Below are positions 34,287-45,664 of a stretch of DNA of 64,000 nucleotides, in pieces. The notes beneath the pieces were generated by a model, which did no database searches, was not told the origin of the DNA, and saw nothing but the letters and a program-made list of their open reading frames with translations. Location of the stretch: contig JBHGNT010000005.1 of the NCBI GenBank assembly GCA_043228905.1, positions 18,352,001-18,416,000 of the forward strand. Reading direction: 5' to 3'. Position 1 is the stretch's first letter. Every line of letters starts with the position of its first letter. The stretch is from Azolla caroliniana (taxonomy: Eukaryota > Plantae > Polypodiophyta). A program made the position numbers and the translations under genes.

Positions 34287-34919
34287 TGTTGCAAACGGTG
34301 CTCGGCCACAACCGAGGAATAGGATCAACTCACAGAAAATAGGAAATACAAAGTACACGAAGACTTTAGAGAGAAGAGTACACAGGATATTTTACGTGGA
34401 AAACCCTAAATGGGAAAAACCACGGGAGTCCTCAAACTCCAACTATCACTATGAACAGGGATGTACAATGGTGAAGCTTCAAGGCAACAACCTTGAGCTC
34501 ACTGTCTTCGCCACAGGCGGCGGTAATACACAGAGGCAACGACCTCTTCGTCTCTCTCTCTCTCTCTCGCGGCTGCTCTCTTCACTCTCTCTAAGTGAAA
34601 ACAGAAAAAAATAAGCAACAACACTAAACTGTTTGCTCTAAGTCATATTTATACACATATGACTTTTCGGGCTATTTACAAATATAGCCTCAAGGGCCCT
34701 TGGCAAACATATTCACAAATATGTCCCCGCATCCGGATCTCTCTCCGGGTACATTCATCATCCGGCTCCGTAGCCAGGGTCTTCATCATCCGGCTCCGTA
34801 GCCGGGGTCTTCATCCGGCTTCATGCCGGGTACTCTTCATCCTCCGGTTCCGTAACAGCCTCCGGGCTTGCCGTCATTCATCTCCGGACATCCCATCCGG
34901 AGGGACCGAAATCCCAACA
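34287..34919 (-). repeat. Copia F 5' LTR
   Basis: Two 28-bp U3 units; 2 substitutions versus the 3' LTR by eye. Confidence 0.96.
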
Positions 34920-35525
34920 CCTTCTCCTCAGAAACCTTTTCGGGTTCGACATTCTTTGAAGCACCTTTATCCTTCTTGAGGTGTCGACAGTCCTTCTTGA
35001 AATGTCCAAGCTTTCCACAATAAAAACACGTCAGCATTTCTCTGGACTTGGATTTGGCGTTTGGGACAAGACATCGTGTCCTTCCTTCTTGTCTCCTCGT
35101 TCAAGATGCTTGTCTTTACCACTTGCAAGGAGAAGTTTTGTTTTCTACACAAGGTGGTAAGAGTCACCACCAGGTTTTCCCAATTGTCCGGCAGGGTACA
35201 CAATAGTAGTAGGGCCAGCATAGCATCATCAAGGGGGAACTTGGCTACAATAAGTTGATTTACATACCCCATGAATGTGTTTATGTGCTTCACTATGCTT
35301 TCTCTATCTCTATACTTCAAATGTATGATCTTCCTCATCAAGGATGCTTTTTTTAGGGCATTCTTCCTCTCCTATAGCCCTGACAACTTCTGCCACATCT
35401 TGTAAGCATTTGTGTCATTCGCCACATGTTGAAGGACACTGACATCTATGCAATGTCTGAGGGTAGCCACTGCCTTCTCATTGAGGAGTTTCTATTCAGA
35501 CTCTAATATCCCCATGGGTATTTCC

Positions 35526-36224
35526 TGACGAAAACTCAACGCTCCTTATGCACAACGCTCGGCCACAACCGAGCTTAGAATGATACACAGAAAACGGGAA
35601 ATAAAACACGACACAAAGAAGAGGAAGATAGACAGGATGCTTACGTGGAAAACCCAAACTGAGGGAAAAACCACGGCAGCCCACAGGCTGCAAACTATCA
35701 CTATATTGGAATTTACAAACAGTGAGTTCACGGAGGCAACGACCTCGTGCTCACGATCTTCGCCACAGGCGGCGGTTACAACAGAGGCAGCGACCTCTTT
35801 CTCTCTCTCTCTCTCTGTACAATTATGCACTCTCTCTTTTCTTGCACCAACAAGAAAAATAACAACTACAACAATAGTCAACAACAACTAAAAAAGGTTT
35901 GCCCTAAGTCATATTTATACTAATATGACTTTTCGGCTATTTACAAATATAGCCTTGATGGACTCTCAGAAACATATTTACGAATATGTCTCTTCATCCG
36001 GTTCTCACCGGGTCTGCACCATCCGGCTCTCCGTAGCCGAGTACTCCTCTTCCGGTTTCGGCCTCGGCCTATCAGCCTCGACCGAGATTGTTCGTTGGCA
36101 CTCCGTATCTGCACCATCCGGCTCTCTGTAGCCGGGTACTCCTCTTCCGGTTTTGGCCTCGGCCAAGATTGTTCGTCGGCACTGTTCTTCTCCCTTCCCA
36201 TACGGAGGGACCTGTCTCCCAACG
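35526..36224 (-). repeat. Solo LTR of an F/G-related Copia
   Basis: Shares F-LTR blocks (GGCCACAACCGAG, TTACGTGGAAAACCC, GCCCTAAGTCATATTTATAC). Flanked by TSD TTTCC (35521-35525, 36225-36229) inside E2 gag. Confidence 0.9.
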
Positions 36225-36381
36225 TTTCCTCTCTATAGATGGGCTCATATAGATCTTTGACTATGAGAAGACTTTCCATCTTGATCTTCCGGTTTGTGTA
36301 GTTGTGTGAGTTCAGGACCATCATTCCTATGAAGCCGCTCACACCTCATTCCATCTTTAACCTCGTGCTCTTATACCAGTT

Positions 36382-36639
36382 TGTCGAGATGAGATCACAG
36401 ATCTATGAGAAAGATATGCAAAAATACACAACTTAGAATAGAAAAACAACAAATGCACAATATACAGACAACATAGGTTTTACGTGGAAACCCTAAACCA
36501 GGGAATACCCACGGGAGAACAGATCTTCACTATAATAGTGGGTATACAAGAGAAGGAAAACAGATTACAACCTCTACACAACAGAGTATTCACCTTAGGG
36601 TTTAGACACAAAGTAGCTCTCTAACTGTGTCTACGCACG

Positions 36640-36675
<36 letters not shown>

Positions 36676-37040
36676 ACAACCTTCATTGTGTTCTATTCTA
36701 CATACATATTGTTTGCCGTAGGTGTATTTATACTCATACATAGTATGGGAAATTTACAAATAAGTAACAATCGCTAATCAACCAATTGATAGACTAGTCG
36801 ATTCGACTAAATAACTCCTTTGTCGATTGTTTGGTTGGCCCGACTAGTCGGCCTTGTCGTCGACTATCTGGTCGGCCCAACTAGTCGGCCCAACTAGTCG
36901 GTCTTGTCTTCGACTTGGATCATCTATTGTCGACTCGCACCATGTTGACTCTCTCAGTCAACTCTTTCATGTCTTCGATAGTGGGCTCTTACTCAACCCG
37001 ATCAATCGACTCCTCCCATAGGAGGGACATATTTCTAACA
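36382..37040 (-). repeat. Copia E2 5' LTR
   Basis: TGTCGAG...CTAACA next to the PBS, with (CT)n and repeated ACTAGTCG motifs. Confidence 0.85.
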
Positions 37041-37987
37041 CACAACAAGTAATAATGTTGTTGTGGATCATGACGTCCTTTGTACCAAGTTTATTATGAC
37101 AAGACAATCCAACCACAACCAACAAGACATATGATTGAGTAGCCAAGAAGACATAAAATTGAGAACATTTGAGTCACTAGACCATAGCTAAGGATACGTC
37201 AGATTCAGTACTATATGACCAAGAAGATCGCTTCAAAATCCATGTATGTACTACAACAACCATCATCAAGAAGGAAATGCAACATATCTCATTGATAATG
37301 GTGGTACTAGATATGCACACGCACATATACAGGTGTGTGAAGAGTTCTAGTCGAAGCTCAATTGGGTTAGAAAGCCCTCAATTGGGTCAGAAAGCCATAG
37401 AAGCACACCAAGCACTCATAACACCCTACATCCCTAAACAGAGATAAATGCAGATAAGCAAAAGAAGAAAGTATTTACCAGGTGGAGGTGGAGGTTCAAG
37501 TATAGGTGTAAGTGTGGGCGTGGGTGCAGGTGGTTGAGTGCAGGTGTATCAGGTTTCAAAAACTTAAAAATAGGCGAAAAAATGTAAATGTTTAGGGTTT
37601 GAACAACATTATTGTTATGCCCGGGTTAGGTATACCATGATGCCTGGGTTAGGTAAGAAGGTCCGGGTTAGGTTTGCAGAGTCTCGGTTAGGTTTAGAAA
37701 ATTACGCTACCCGAGTTAGATTGGCATAGTTCGGGGGTTAGGTAATGTCATGGTAGGATGTGGCCGGGTTAGAAATTGAAATGTCTGGGTTGGAAAATGC
37801 CAGTGAGTGGATTAGAAGTGATGGAGGCTCATCAGAACCAAGTAGGGTGAGTTTCTAGGGAAGCAGTTTTTGCGGATAGAGATCGGAACGGTGCAAATCG
37901 CACGTGCCTTTCAAAATGCATGATTTCCTCACTTTGGCCTCTCTTTATTATTTATGTATTTGGTAGAAAATAGGAAAACATCTTGCA
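37041..37987 (-). mobile_element. MULE M1: left end only, head-to-head with M2, truncated by Copia E
   Basis: Inverted homology to the M2 left end (GATAGAGATCG.AACGGTG.A.ATCGCA, GATTTCCTCAC) and a cluster of CCGGGTTAGGT motifs at 37620-37795. Confidence 0.7.
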
Positions 37988-38027
37988 TGTTGTGTGTAAA
38001 ATGTATTGTTATGTGTAAAATGTGTGT

Positions 38028-38057
38028 TATGTATGTATGTATGTATGTATATGTATG
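38028..38057. repeat. (TATG)n microsatellite between M1 and M2
   Basis: Direct reading. Confidence 0.9.
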
Positions 38058-38192
38058 CGACGTTTCTATTTGCTACCAAATAATAATTAGGCTTGGTGAG
38101 GAAATCTCGGACATGGATGGTGCAGAACACGTTTTGAATGGCGCATGCGATCTACACCGTTCGATCTCTATCTATAAAAAGCGCGCGCTTAA

Positions 38193-38410
38193 AACCTAAC
38201 CCAGGTCTGACGAGCCCCTGTCACATCTAACCCGAGCAGTGACGATGCCATTTGATTACCTAACCCGGGGAATGTAATTATCTAAGCCTAACCCGGAGTC
38301 TTCACCTAACCCGGGCCTTATGATCCTATAATCCCAACCCGGAGTCCTTTCACCTAACCCGAGCCTTATAATCCAATTGTCCTAACCCAGTCCTTTGAAC
38401 CTAACCCAGG
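38193..38410 (+). repeat. Subterminal ACCTAACCCGGG motif cluster of M2 (~9 copies)
   Basis: Same motif recurs at 41560-41697 (+) and 44995-45063 (-). Confidence 0.88.
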
Positions 38411-38627
38411 CACAACTCCAACATGATTAAAACCCTACATAAATTCTTTTTCCTCAAATTTTCAAAATTTGTAACCTACACCTGCATCTACAAGTGCATT
38501 AGAACCAAAAGCTACCCCCCCCACCTACATCAGAATAGCTACTGGATACACGGTAAGGTACATTCTTTCCCTCTTTTCTCTCTTTACCTCTCTATCGTTA
38601 TTAGGCATCCAAGACTCTGTGCATATG

Positions 38628-39134
38628 ATCTTTCATCTTAGTTGAAAAATTAAAAAACATTGATCATCATATGTCTTTCCCACCATTAAGAACTATGCCC
38701 CATCTCTTATGCATTTGGTATGCTATTTATTTCTAAATCGTATATCTACTAGCAAATGTATGTGGCTGATTATATAACTAGTTATAAATTATTATTCTAA
38801 AAATTTAGAACATATGGTATATTTTGCTTTTGGATGGTCATTTTATAGAGTTGCTTGGCTATGGATGAGGAACAGATTATATTATCTTTCATCTTAGTTG
38901 AAAAATTGAAAAACATTGATTATCATATGTCTTTCCCACCATTAAGAACTATGCCCCATCTCTTATGCATTTGGTATGCTATTTATTTCTAAATCGTATA
39001 TCTACTAGCAAATATATGTGGCTGATTATATAACTAGTTATAAATTATTATTCTAAAAAATTAGAACAGATGGTATATTTTGCTTTTGGATGGTCATTTT
39101 ATAGAGTTGCTTGGCTATGGACGAGGAACAGATT
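38628..39134. repeat. ~251-bp tandem duplication inside M2
   Basis: 38628-38878 repeated at 38884-39134 with few differences. Confidence 0.92.
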
Positions 39135-39670
39135 TTTTTGTCATAGCCCTATGATGTTTTCAAATCCATTTTTTTTTGTCATGTGACATTTTCAAAGGCC
39201 TTAGATGGATGGATTGGCATCAAATTCTCATGTTGGTAATTGCCATCAAATTCTCTAAACACACAAAAGGCTCTATTCTATATGAGTTAACAAGTGCTTA
39301 ATACATGTGACACCTCATGGCTAATAATATCATAGCTCTCGGCTAATATTGTAGCTCCTCCATGTGCACTGATCCTTACACACCCATATATGTATTTTCA
39401 TTCGCATTTTTCTTAACCTCCTATGATATTCTGCTAACACTACTTTTAAAGAGTTATTCTCTTAATTCTATCCTCTTTAGGCTACGTAATTAAGGGCCCC
39501 AATTTTCATACAGTGTACAACAAATCAAGACCGTCAAGTAATATTTTGGTCAATACATCAAGGATCAAGGATGAGTTGGTTCATATCTAGCCAATTATTG
39601 TTGACTTATAATATGTACTTTGTCTCAAGAAGTGTTTCTAGAACTCATAAGAGGAAAACCCACGATCAAA

Positions 39671-41068
39671 TGTCGAGTATGCATAGTTGCAAAGTCGTGC
39701 TAGGAAAACCCACGATGGTTTCACAAGAAAATGGATCTGGAGGCACATTTATTGAAGGAACATGGCGTTAGGACCGTGCTTCCAAGAGGGTTGAAGATAG
39801 TGGAAGAGGAGGAAGCATTGGAAGGTAGTCCTAGATACTTCAGCAACTACGAACGAGAGAGATCAATCAATCACTTTTTTAATGTTGATCAAAAATATAA
39901 TAGAGCTTGTCTGTCCCACTTAAGAACAATAAAGCAAAAAGCACTCACGGAATACAATGCAATCCATAATGATCTCCGATCCTGCACAGAGGCTGAATTT
40001 GTACAAAACTTTACACGCCACGAGATCGAGAAATATGATTCTACAAAAGAGAAGCGGATAGAGAAGATTAAAGCTAAGATTGCAAAAGGTTACGATTTTT
40101 ATGTAAGTATTTTATTTTGGATTTAGGGTATTTTTAATAATACTCATCAAACTAATAATATGTTGCCAATTTGATACCTTATAGTGTAGGGCTCAAAAGG
40201 TGCAAATAGACAAAGAAGATTGGAACATCTCAACTAGCGGTGGGCATAAGACACAATTTAACTTGGAAGCATACCCGCTGCGTAGAGCCAAAATCCCAGT
40301 GAGACGGCCAAAGTTGGACCCGACCTTATGGGTACATATTCCATCTGAGTCAGAGGAGGATTATGAAGATGTCGGCTACGTTCAGATTGCATACGGGGAA
40401 GTCATAAGATCCTTATCCATGACAAATGGAAAGACATTCACCAAGTATTTTGGTTGTACAATCGATGATTTAGTGTCCTAACAATCAACATTCGAAGGGT
40501 ATTCTCATTTTGTAATATTATGATGCAAAACATATTCCAACTTTTTTGTAGAAGGCTGAATTTGTCTATTTACATCGGGGAACGCGAATTGCAATCAACG
40601 TGAACCCACGGAGAGATGGCATCGACATGGTCCATGAATGTCTTCCATATGTGGATGGAATACACCCAACCACAACACATATCCGACCTATATTGGATAG
40701 TTGATCCACTTTGGGTCCAACTATACAAGCAAACCAATAAGGCCAACGACATCCTTGGACAAGTGCCAGAATGTGATTTTGTATTCATACCCATAGTGCA
40801 TGAAGGGCATTGGGTCCTCTGGGTAAAGATGCGACATGCTCCAACCGATTTACATGCAGACAAGGTAACAAGTCCAGTTGTATTTATTGACCCAATGAAT
40901 AATCCAGCTAATAGGGAATTGAAGAGTTTGGCAAAAAGGGCTATAACCATAGTCACAAGCACCGTCGCAGACCATAAAATCATACCGTCGCATTGGTACG
41001 ACGATGATGACGTCTACCTTCTATGCGTTACAATTGCTAAGAGGGCACGACGTGTTTTGGGTTTCTGA
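39671..41068 (+). pseudogene. M2 C2H2-like zinc finger plus Ulp1/C48 peptidase gene, spliced, disrupted
   Basis: CIVAKSC*ENPRWFHKKMDLEAHLLKEH. Intron donor TAT|GTAAGT shared with M3. FIPIVHEGHWVLW and FIDP present; catalytic Gln/Cys segment deleted. Confidence 0.78.
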
Positions 41069-41973
41069 ACTTGTAACCTGATCCTGTTTTCTACCATCCT
41101 CTATATGGCTTGTACATGTTTATTATACCCCTCAGTATTGTAATTGGGTTTATTGTAATAGCCACACTTGTATCTCAGAGACGTAATATTTGTCCATTTG
41201 TTAAAGCCATATGGCATGTGTAAACAAACTTGTAGGTACTCTCGGTATTAAAGTAAATTGTCTTGCAATTTTGGACAATATGAATGCCTTGTAGGTATTG
41301 TAAATTTCGGCATGTAATTTTGCCCACAATATATTGTATTTTACATGTCAATACAAAGCCACACTTTTTGATAAATTCTTGTGCATATTGTAGTAACTTT
41401 TGTTTGTGCGTATAACGCTATAAACAATGAATCAGACGTGTTGATTCTTTCAATATTATGTCATAATTGGGCAAACGGATATCTGTCAATAATTTAGTAT
41501 ATATGGAACTTGAAAATTGATGTTAGATATATATGGTATATATGTTGTACATTATCACGTAACCCGGAAAGTAACCCGGAAAGTAATATTTGCACCTAAC
41601 CCGGGAAAGTAATGTATGTCTACCTAACCTAGGGAAAAAGTATTTGTCTGCACCTAACCCGGGATCAACTTACTGAATCCTTCCACCTAACCCGGGGCCA
41701 GATTCAATCTTGCTATGTTGATTCTGGTTCAACGTTTAGAAAACGGTCACCTCCATCAGAGGATTATATAATGCCGATACAGAAGTAATTAACTCTATTA
41801 GGGCTACCATAATCACATGATTTGAATCAGAAGATTATAATTGCTCTGATTAGGATCATATTATTGCCCTCATTATCATATTGCTCCACATTATCATACT
41901 ACTCACATTATCATATTGCTCTCAATTACACATTGTTATTGTTAACACTTTGCTCTCATTCCAAACTTGTGAT

Positions 41974-44847
41974 CATGGATGATTCATGTGGGTTAATGGA
42001 TGAAACACAATTTCTATTTGACTCAGAATTTGAATTGGAGGATTCGTTCTCAGATTCAGAAACTTCAATGAATCAATTGATGGTCAAGGGTCTGACGATG
42101 TCGACATCGAGGACGACTTGGATCCCTTCATGTTTTGTTCGCCAAGGTATTTTGTGTTTAATGAAGGTACGTATAAATTAATGGTTAATGATTTATTAGG
42201 AAACATAAAGGTTACGATAGAATCTTTAAAAGAGACCTCAAAGGGAGCACCTCTCACGATCTTAACCTGGAGGCGCATGAAGACTCAACTCATGCTAAAA
42301 AATGAGCATGAACTCTACTTGAAGTTGTCGCCACATCTAAGGGTATCATATGTAGAGCAATGGTGGTCTATCATATTGCACACACGCATTGGGGGGACAT
42401 CCCATTACCCACTCTCACAAACTCTTAAAGAGTTGAAGAAACATTGGCCATGGATCTTCGCAATCATGGAATAGCTAGTTCATACGTAAAAGCACTAATT
42501 GACCAATGTGAATGTCAGATAATACAAAAGGTGAATTCTATTGACATGTTAGGCACAAGTGTAAGTAAATATGATAAGACTACAATGCCCACTGAAGTGA
42601 TAGAGATAGAAGCTAGTAAGTTAGATGATACTTTGGCAGAGATTCAAATCAAGTATCATACATGCTTGCGGAGAGGAGTCCTAAAAGGCAAGCATGTGAC
42701 TAGATATGATTGTCATCGCGCAGGTGTGCCTCAACGAGTGGTCGGATGCTCTCGCTTGCGCAAGGGTTCAAAGCGTTCTGGGTGTAGTTTTCATTTGAAT
42801 GTAAGAGTGAATGAAGGGGATAAACATGGGATCGTGAGCATTTATGTATACAGATGCCATTCAAGTCATGTCCCAGGAACGAGACCTGACGTGTACCACT
42901 TGCGGGTCCATCCTAATGTAATAGAATGTTGTAAAGATGATCTTTTTTATGTTCGTTGTGCGAGGCATGTTGCACGGATGAGCATGCGAAAAGAAGCATA
43001 TCACAAGTCCAAGGCTACTCCATTAGAACTTGTCACTTTTAGATTCTTTATGATACCAAAGGAGGTACATAACATGGCCAATACATTAAAAATAGGTAGT
43101 GCATTGTCGCAAGTTGATTGGTCATTGATGATGCAAGATGCCTATGCACTTCGAGATCTAGGCAAAGTGGCACATGTGCAACCCTACTTGCCTGGTCCAA
43201 ATGGGTCTCCAGCTCGACAACCATTTATCTTGATACTTCAAGATAAATGGATGTTGGAAATGTGTGAGCGATTGTCACAAAACAACTCTTGGGCAATCGA
43301 CTCCACATTTAAAACTAATCAATTTAGGCTCCCATTATATGCAGCGATTGCACCAAATGCCATGGGAATAGGGATCCCACTATGGTATATGATTTGTAGT
43401 TCTGATAAGGGCTCAAATCATGAGCAAGTGGCATTAGAAACTTGCTTGAAAGTCATATTTGCTAGGATGCCTAGGACAAGGCCAAATGCAATAGTCATTG
43501 ATAAATCTTGGACATCATATAATGCCATATCTAATGTAATTGCTCAAGACCGTGAATCTTGGATTGTCACAAATGGTGAATGCTCACAAACACGTTGTCG
43601 TCTTTTATTGTGTCAGTTCCATGCAAAAAAGTCATGGGTTGACAACTTATTGCCCAAAGTGAGTGCCGCCGAAAGAAACCCCCTCTATCAAAGGATGTGC
43701 CAACTCATGCATTGCATTAGCGAATCATCCTTCAATGTTATGTGTGAGGAGGTAAGGCAAGAATACTCAAACAAACCCGGGGTTTGGCAACATATTGAAG
43801 GTGGATGGTGTGGACAAACATGTTGACACTACCAATCTTGTGGAGAGACATTGGCAATTTCTCAAGTACACTGCTTTGAGAGGAAGAATAAACCGTTCTA
43901 TTACTGATCTTGTGCATGTTTTAATTGGGGACAGTGTCTCTGGCACTTGCATCGGTGGGACCGTGGTAGAATGGTGCATGCAACGACAAGAGATATGTGA
44001 GAGTGGTAGATTCCAACCCCGTGCAAATTGTAATGATCAAAGGTCAAGACTTAAAGAGGCCGAGAGGATACTAGAAAGATATGTGACCAATAACAACTTG
44101 GTATTTATTGTGGACGAGGCCCGATATTGGTTTCGAATATTGAGCATGACCACTCCCACTGTATGGTACAATGTCTCACTCCAATGTTCATATTGTGATT
44201 GTCAAGACTTTGCAAGTAAATGTAAGCATTTTCTTGCGATTCGGATGATCGTTGAGAGACATATGCCATCACTATGTGGATCATTACCATTTATAGATCA
44301 TGCAACCCAAATGTGAATGGATGATGCCACAATGGATAGAGAACTAAAGTCGACACAAGAAGCAAAAGTTGAGATGAATTTAGAAATTGACGAAAGGGAA
44401 GAAATAAAGTTAGAAGCACATCAACCTATGGAAGCACTTCAACTTCTCGAGCAAGGATGGGGAGCAATGAATAGTGCGGCTCTTGAGCGTTGTCGGCAAC
44501 TCATGGTAGATTTTCGAAAGGAGTTGCTCTTATCTATGGGTGCATCAACAACAACCAATATGGCATCGGGAGGTTCAATAAGTCAAAAGCAACAAATTGG
44601 TGTGAAAAGAGGAGCCATGCCCAACATTTCACAAGAACTTATTGGCAGCTCCCCAGACATGACCAAAACGCACACTGGCAGACTACAAAGAGGTGCTCGT
44701 CATGCTAAGAGGCGGTTGCCAATATGTGACACTGAGAAGGTTCAGTGTTTGCATTGTGATGGTTTGACATTGACTTCAAGAGACTCCAATGCAAATTGGT
44801 GCAAAAATTGTGGGTGTATCTTGCCATGCTTTGAACAAGAGCCTTGA
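41974..44847 (+). pseudogene. M2 MULE DDE transposase with SWIM finger and C-terminal Zn ribbon
   Basis: WAIDSTFKTNQFRLPLY, IVIDKS, LLCQFH (CxxH), TTNLVERHW, CDCQDFASKCKH (SWIM), CLHC..CKNC. Frameshifts near 42076, 42445 and 43820; stop at 44314. Confidence 0.9.
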
Positions 44848-45097
44848 TCTCATAGTTTTTATTACATTACATCATGTGATTATTATATTATATGTAAAAT
44901 CGTGCAATTTTGTATTATAAAAATTAGGCTTGATATTTTTGAGTAATCTTAGCATCTTTTTTTAACTATGATCTCTTCAGAAATTTTAATCGGGTACCTG
45001 GGTTAGGTGCATGCACCCGGGTTAGGTTTGTGTACCCGGGTTAGGTTAGACCTGGGTTAGGTGTCCGCGATTACCTCACCAAATAATAATTAGGCTT

Positions 45098-45179
45098 GTA
45101 TGTATGTATGTAGGGTATGTATGTATGTATGTATGTATGTATGTATGTATGTATGTATGTATGTACGTACGTACGTACG
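45098..45179. repeat. (TATG)n/(TACG)n microsatellite between M2 and M3
   Basis: Direct reading. Confidence 0.95.
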
Positions 45180-45328
45180 AACGACGTGTCTATTATGACA
45201 CAAATCATAAAGAGGGCTGGTGAGGGAATCACGACCACAAATGGTGCAGGTTGCTCAGAGAAGGCGCGTGCAATCTGCATCGTCGAATTTCGATAATGAA
45301 GAAGGCGCGAAAAATAAAGTTGTGCAGA

Positions 45329-45664
45329 GGTCGCCCAACCGTTGGGTGACCAGTTTAAGCAGGTTGCCCAACTGCTTTAGGGCTTATATTGAGTTGGTCA
45401 CCCAACCAACTCAATAAAAGATGTAGGTCGCCCAACCGTTTATTTTTAAAGCGGTTGGGTGACCAGTTTAAGTAGGTTGCCCAACTGCTTTAGGGTTTAT
45501 ATTGAGTTGGTCATCCAACCAACCCAATAAAAGATGTAGGTCGCCCAACCGTTTATTTTTAAAGCGGTTGGGTGACCAGTTGAAGCAGGTTGCCCAACTT
45601 CTTTAGGGTTTATATTGAGTTGGTCACCCAACCAACCCAATAAAAGATGTAGGTCGCCCAACCG
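45329..45664. repeat. 113-bp tandem repeat x ~3 rich in GGTYRCCCAA motifs, upstream of a TATA-like box
   Basis: GGTCGCCCAACC at 45329, 45426, 45539 and 45652. CTATAAAAG at ~45669. Confidence 0.92.

Larger units (their letters stand above)
29538..34919 (-). mobile_element. Full-length Ty1/Copia element F (Tnt1/Tork-like)
   Basis: LTRs 29538-30198 (661 bp) and 34287-34919 (633 bp). TSD CCTTC (29533-29537, 34920-34924), PBS 34272-34283, PPT 30199-30211. Confidence 0.98.
28948..37040 (-). mobile_element. Old Copia E2 5' part (5' LTR, PBS, gag, PR), related to F/G, hosting Copia F and a solo LTR
   Basis: LTR 36382-37040 and degenerate PBS TGGTATAAGAGC (36367-36378). gag fragments at 36225-36354 and 34920-35525, PR region at 28948-29537. 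Confidence 0.88.
38058..45097 (+). mobile_element. Mutator-like DNA transposon M2 (ZnF-Ulp1 gene plus DDE-SWIM transposase), decayed
   Basis: Short inverted repeat GGTGAGGAAATCTCGGACA (38095-38113) / TGTCCGCGATTACCTCACC (45062-45080). Flanked both sides by (TATG)n. CCTAACCCGGG clusters at both ends and between the genes. Confidence 0.82.

Noticed and set aside
37620-38410. Interstitial telomere or chromosome-fusion scar
   Set aside because: Motifs are spaced, not tandem TTTAGGG, and recur at fixed positions inside the MULEs.
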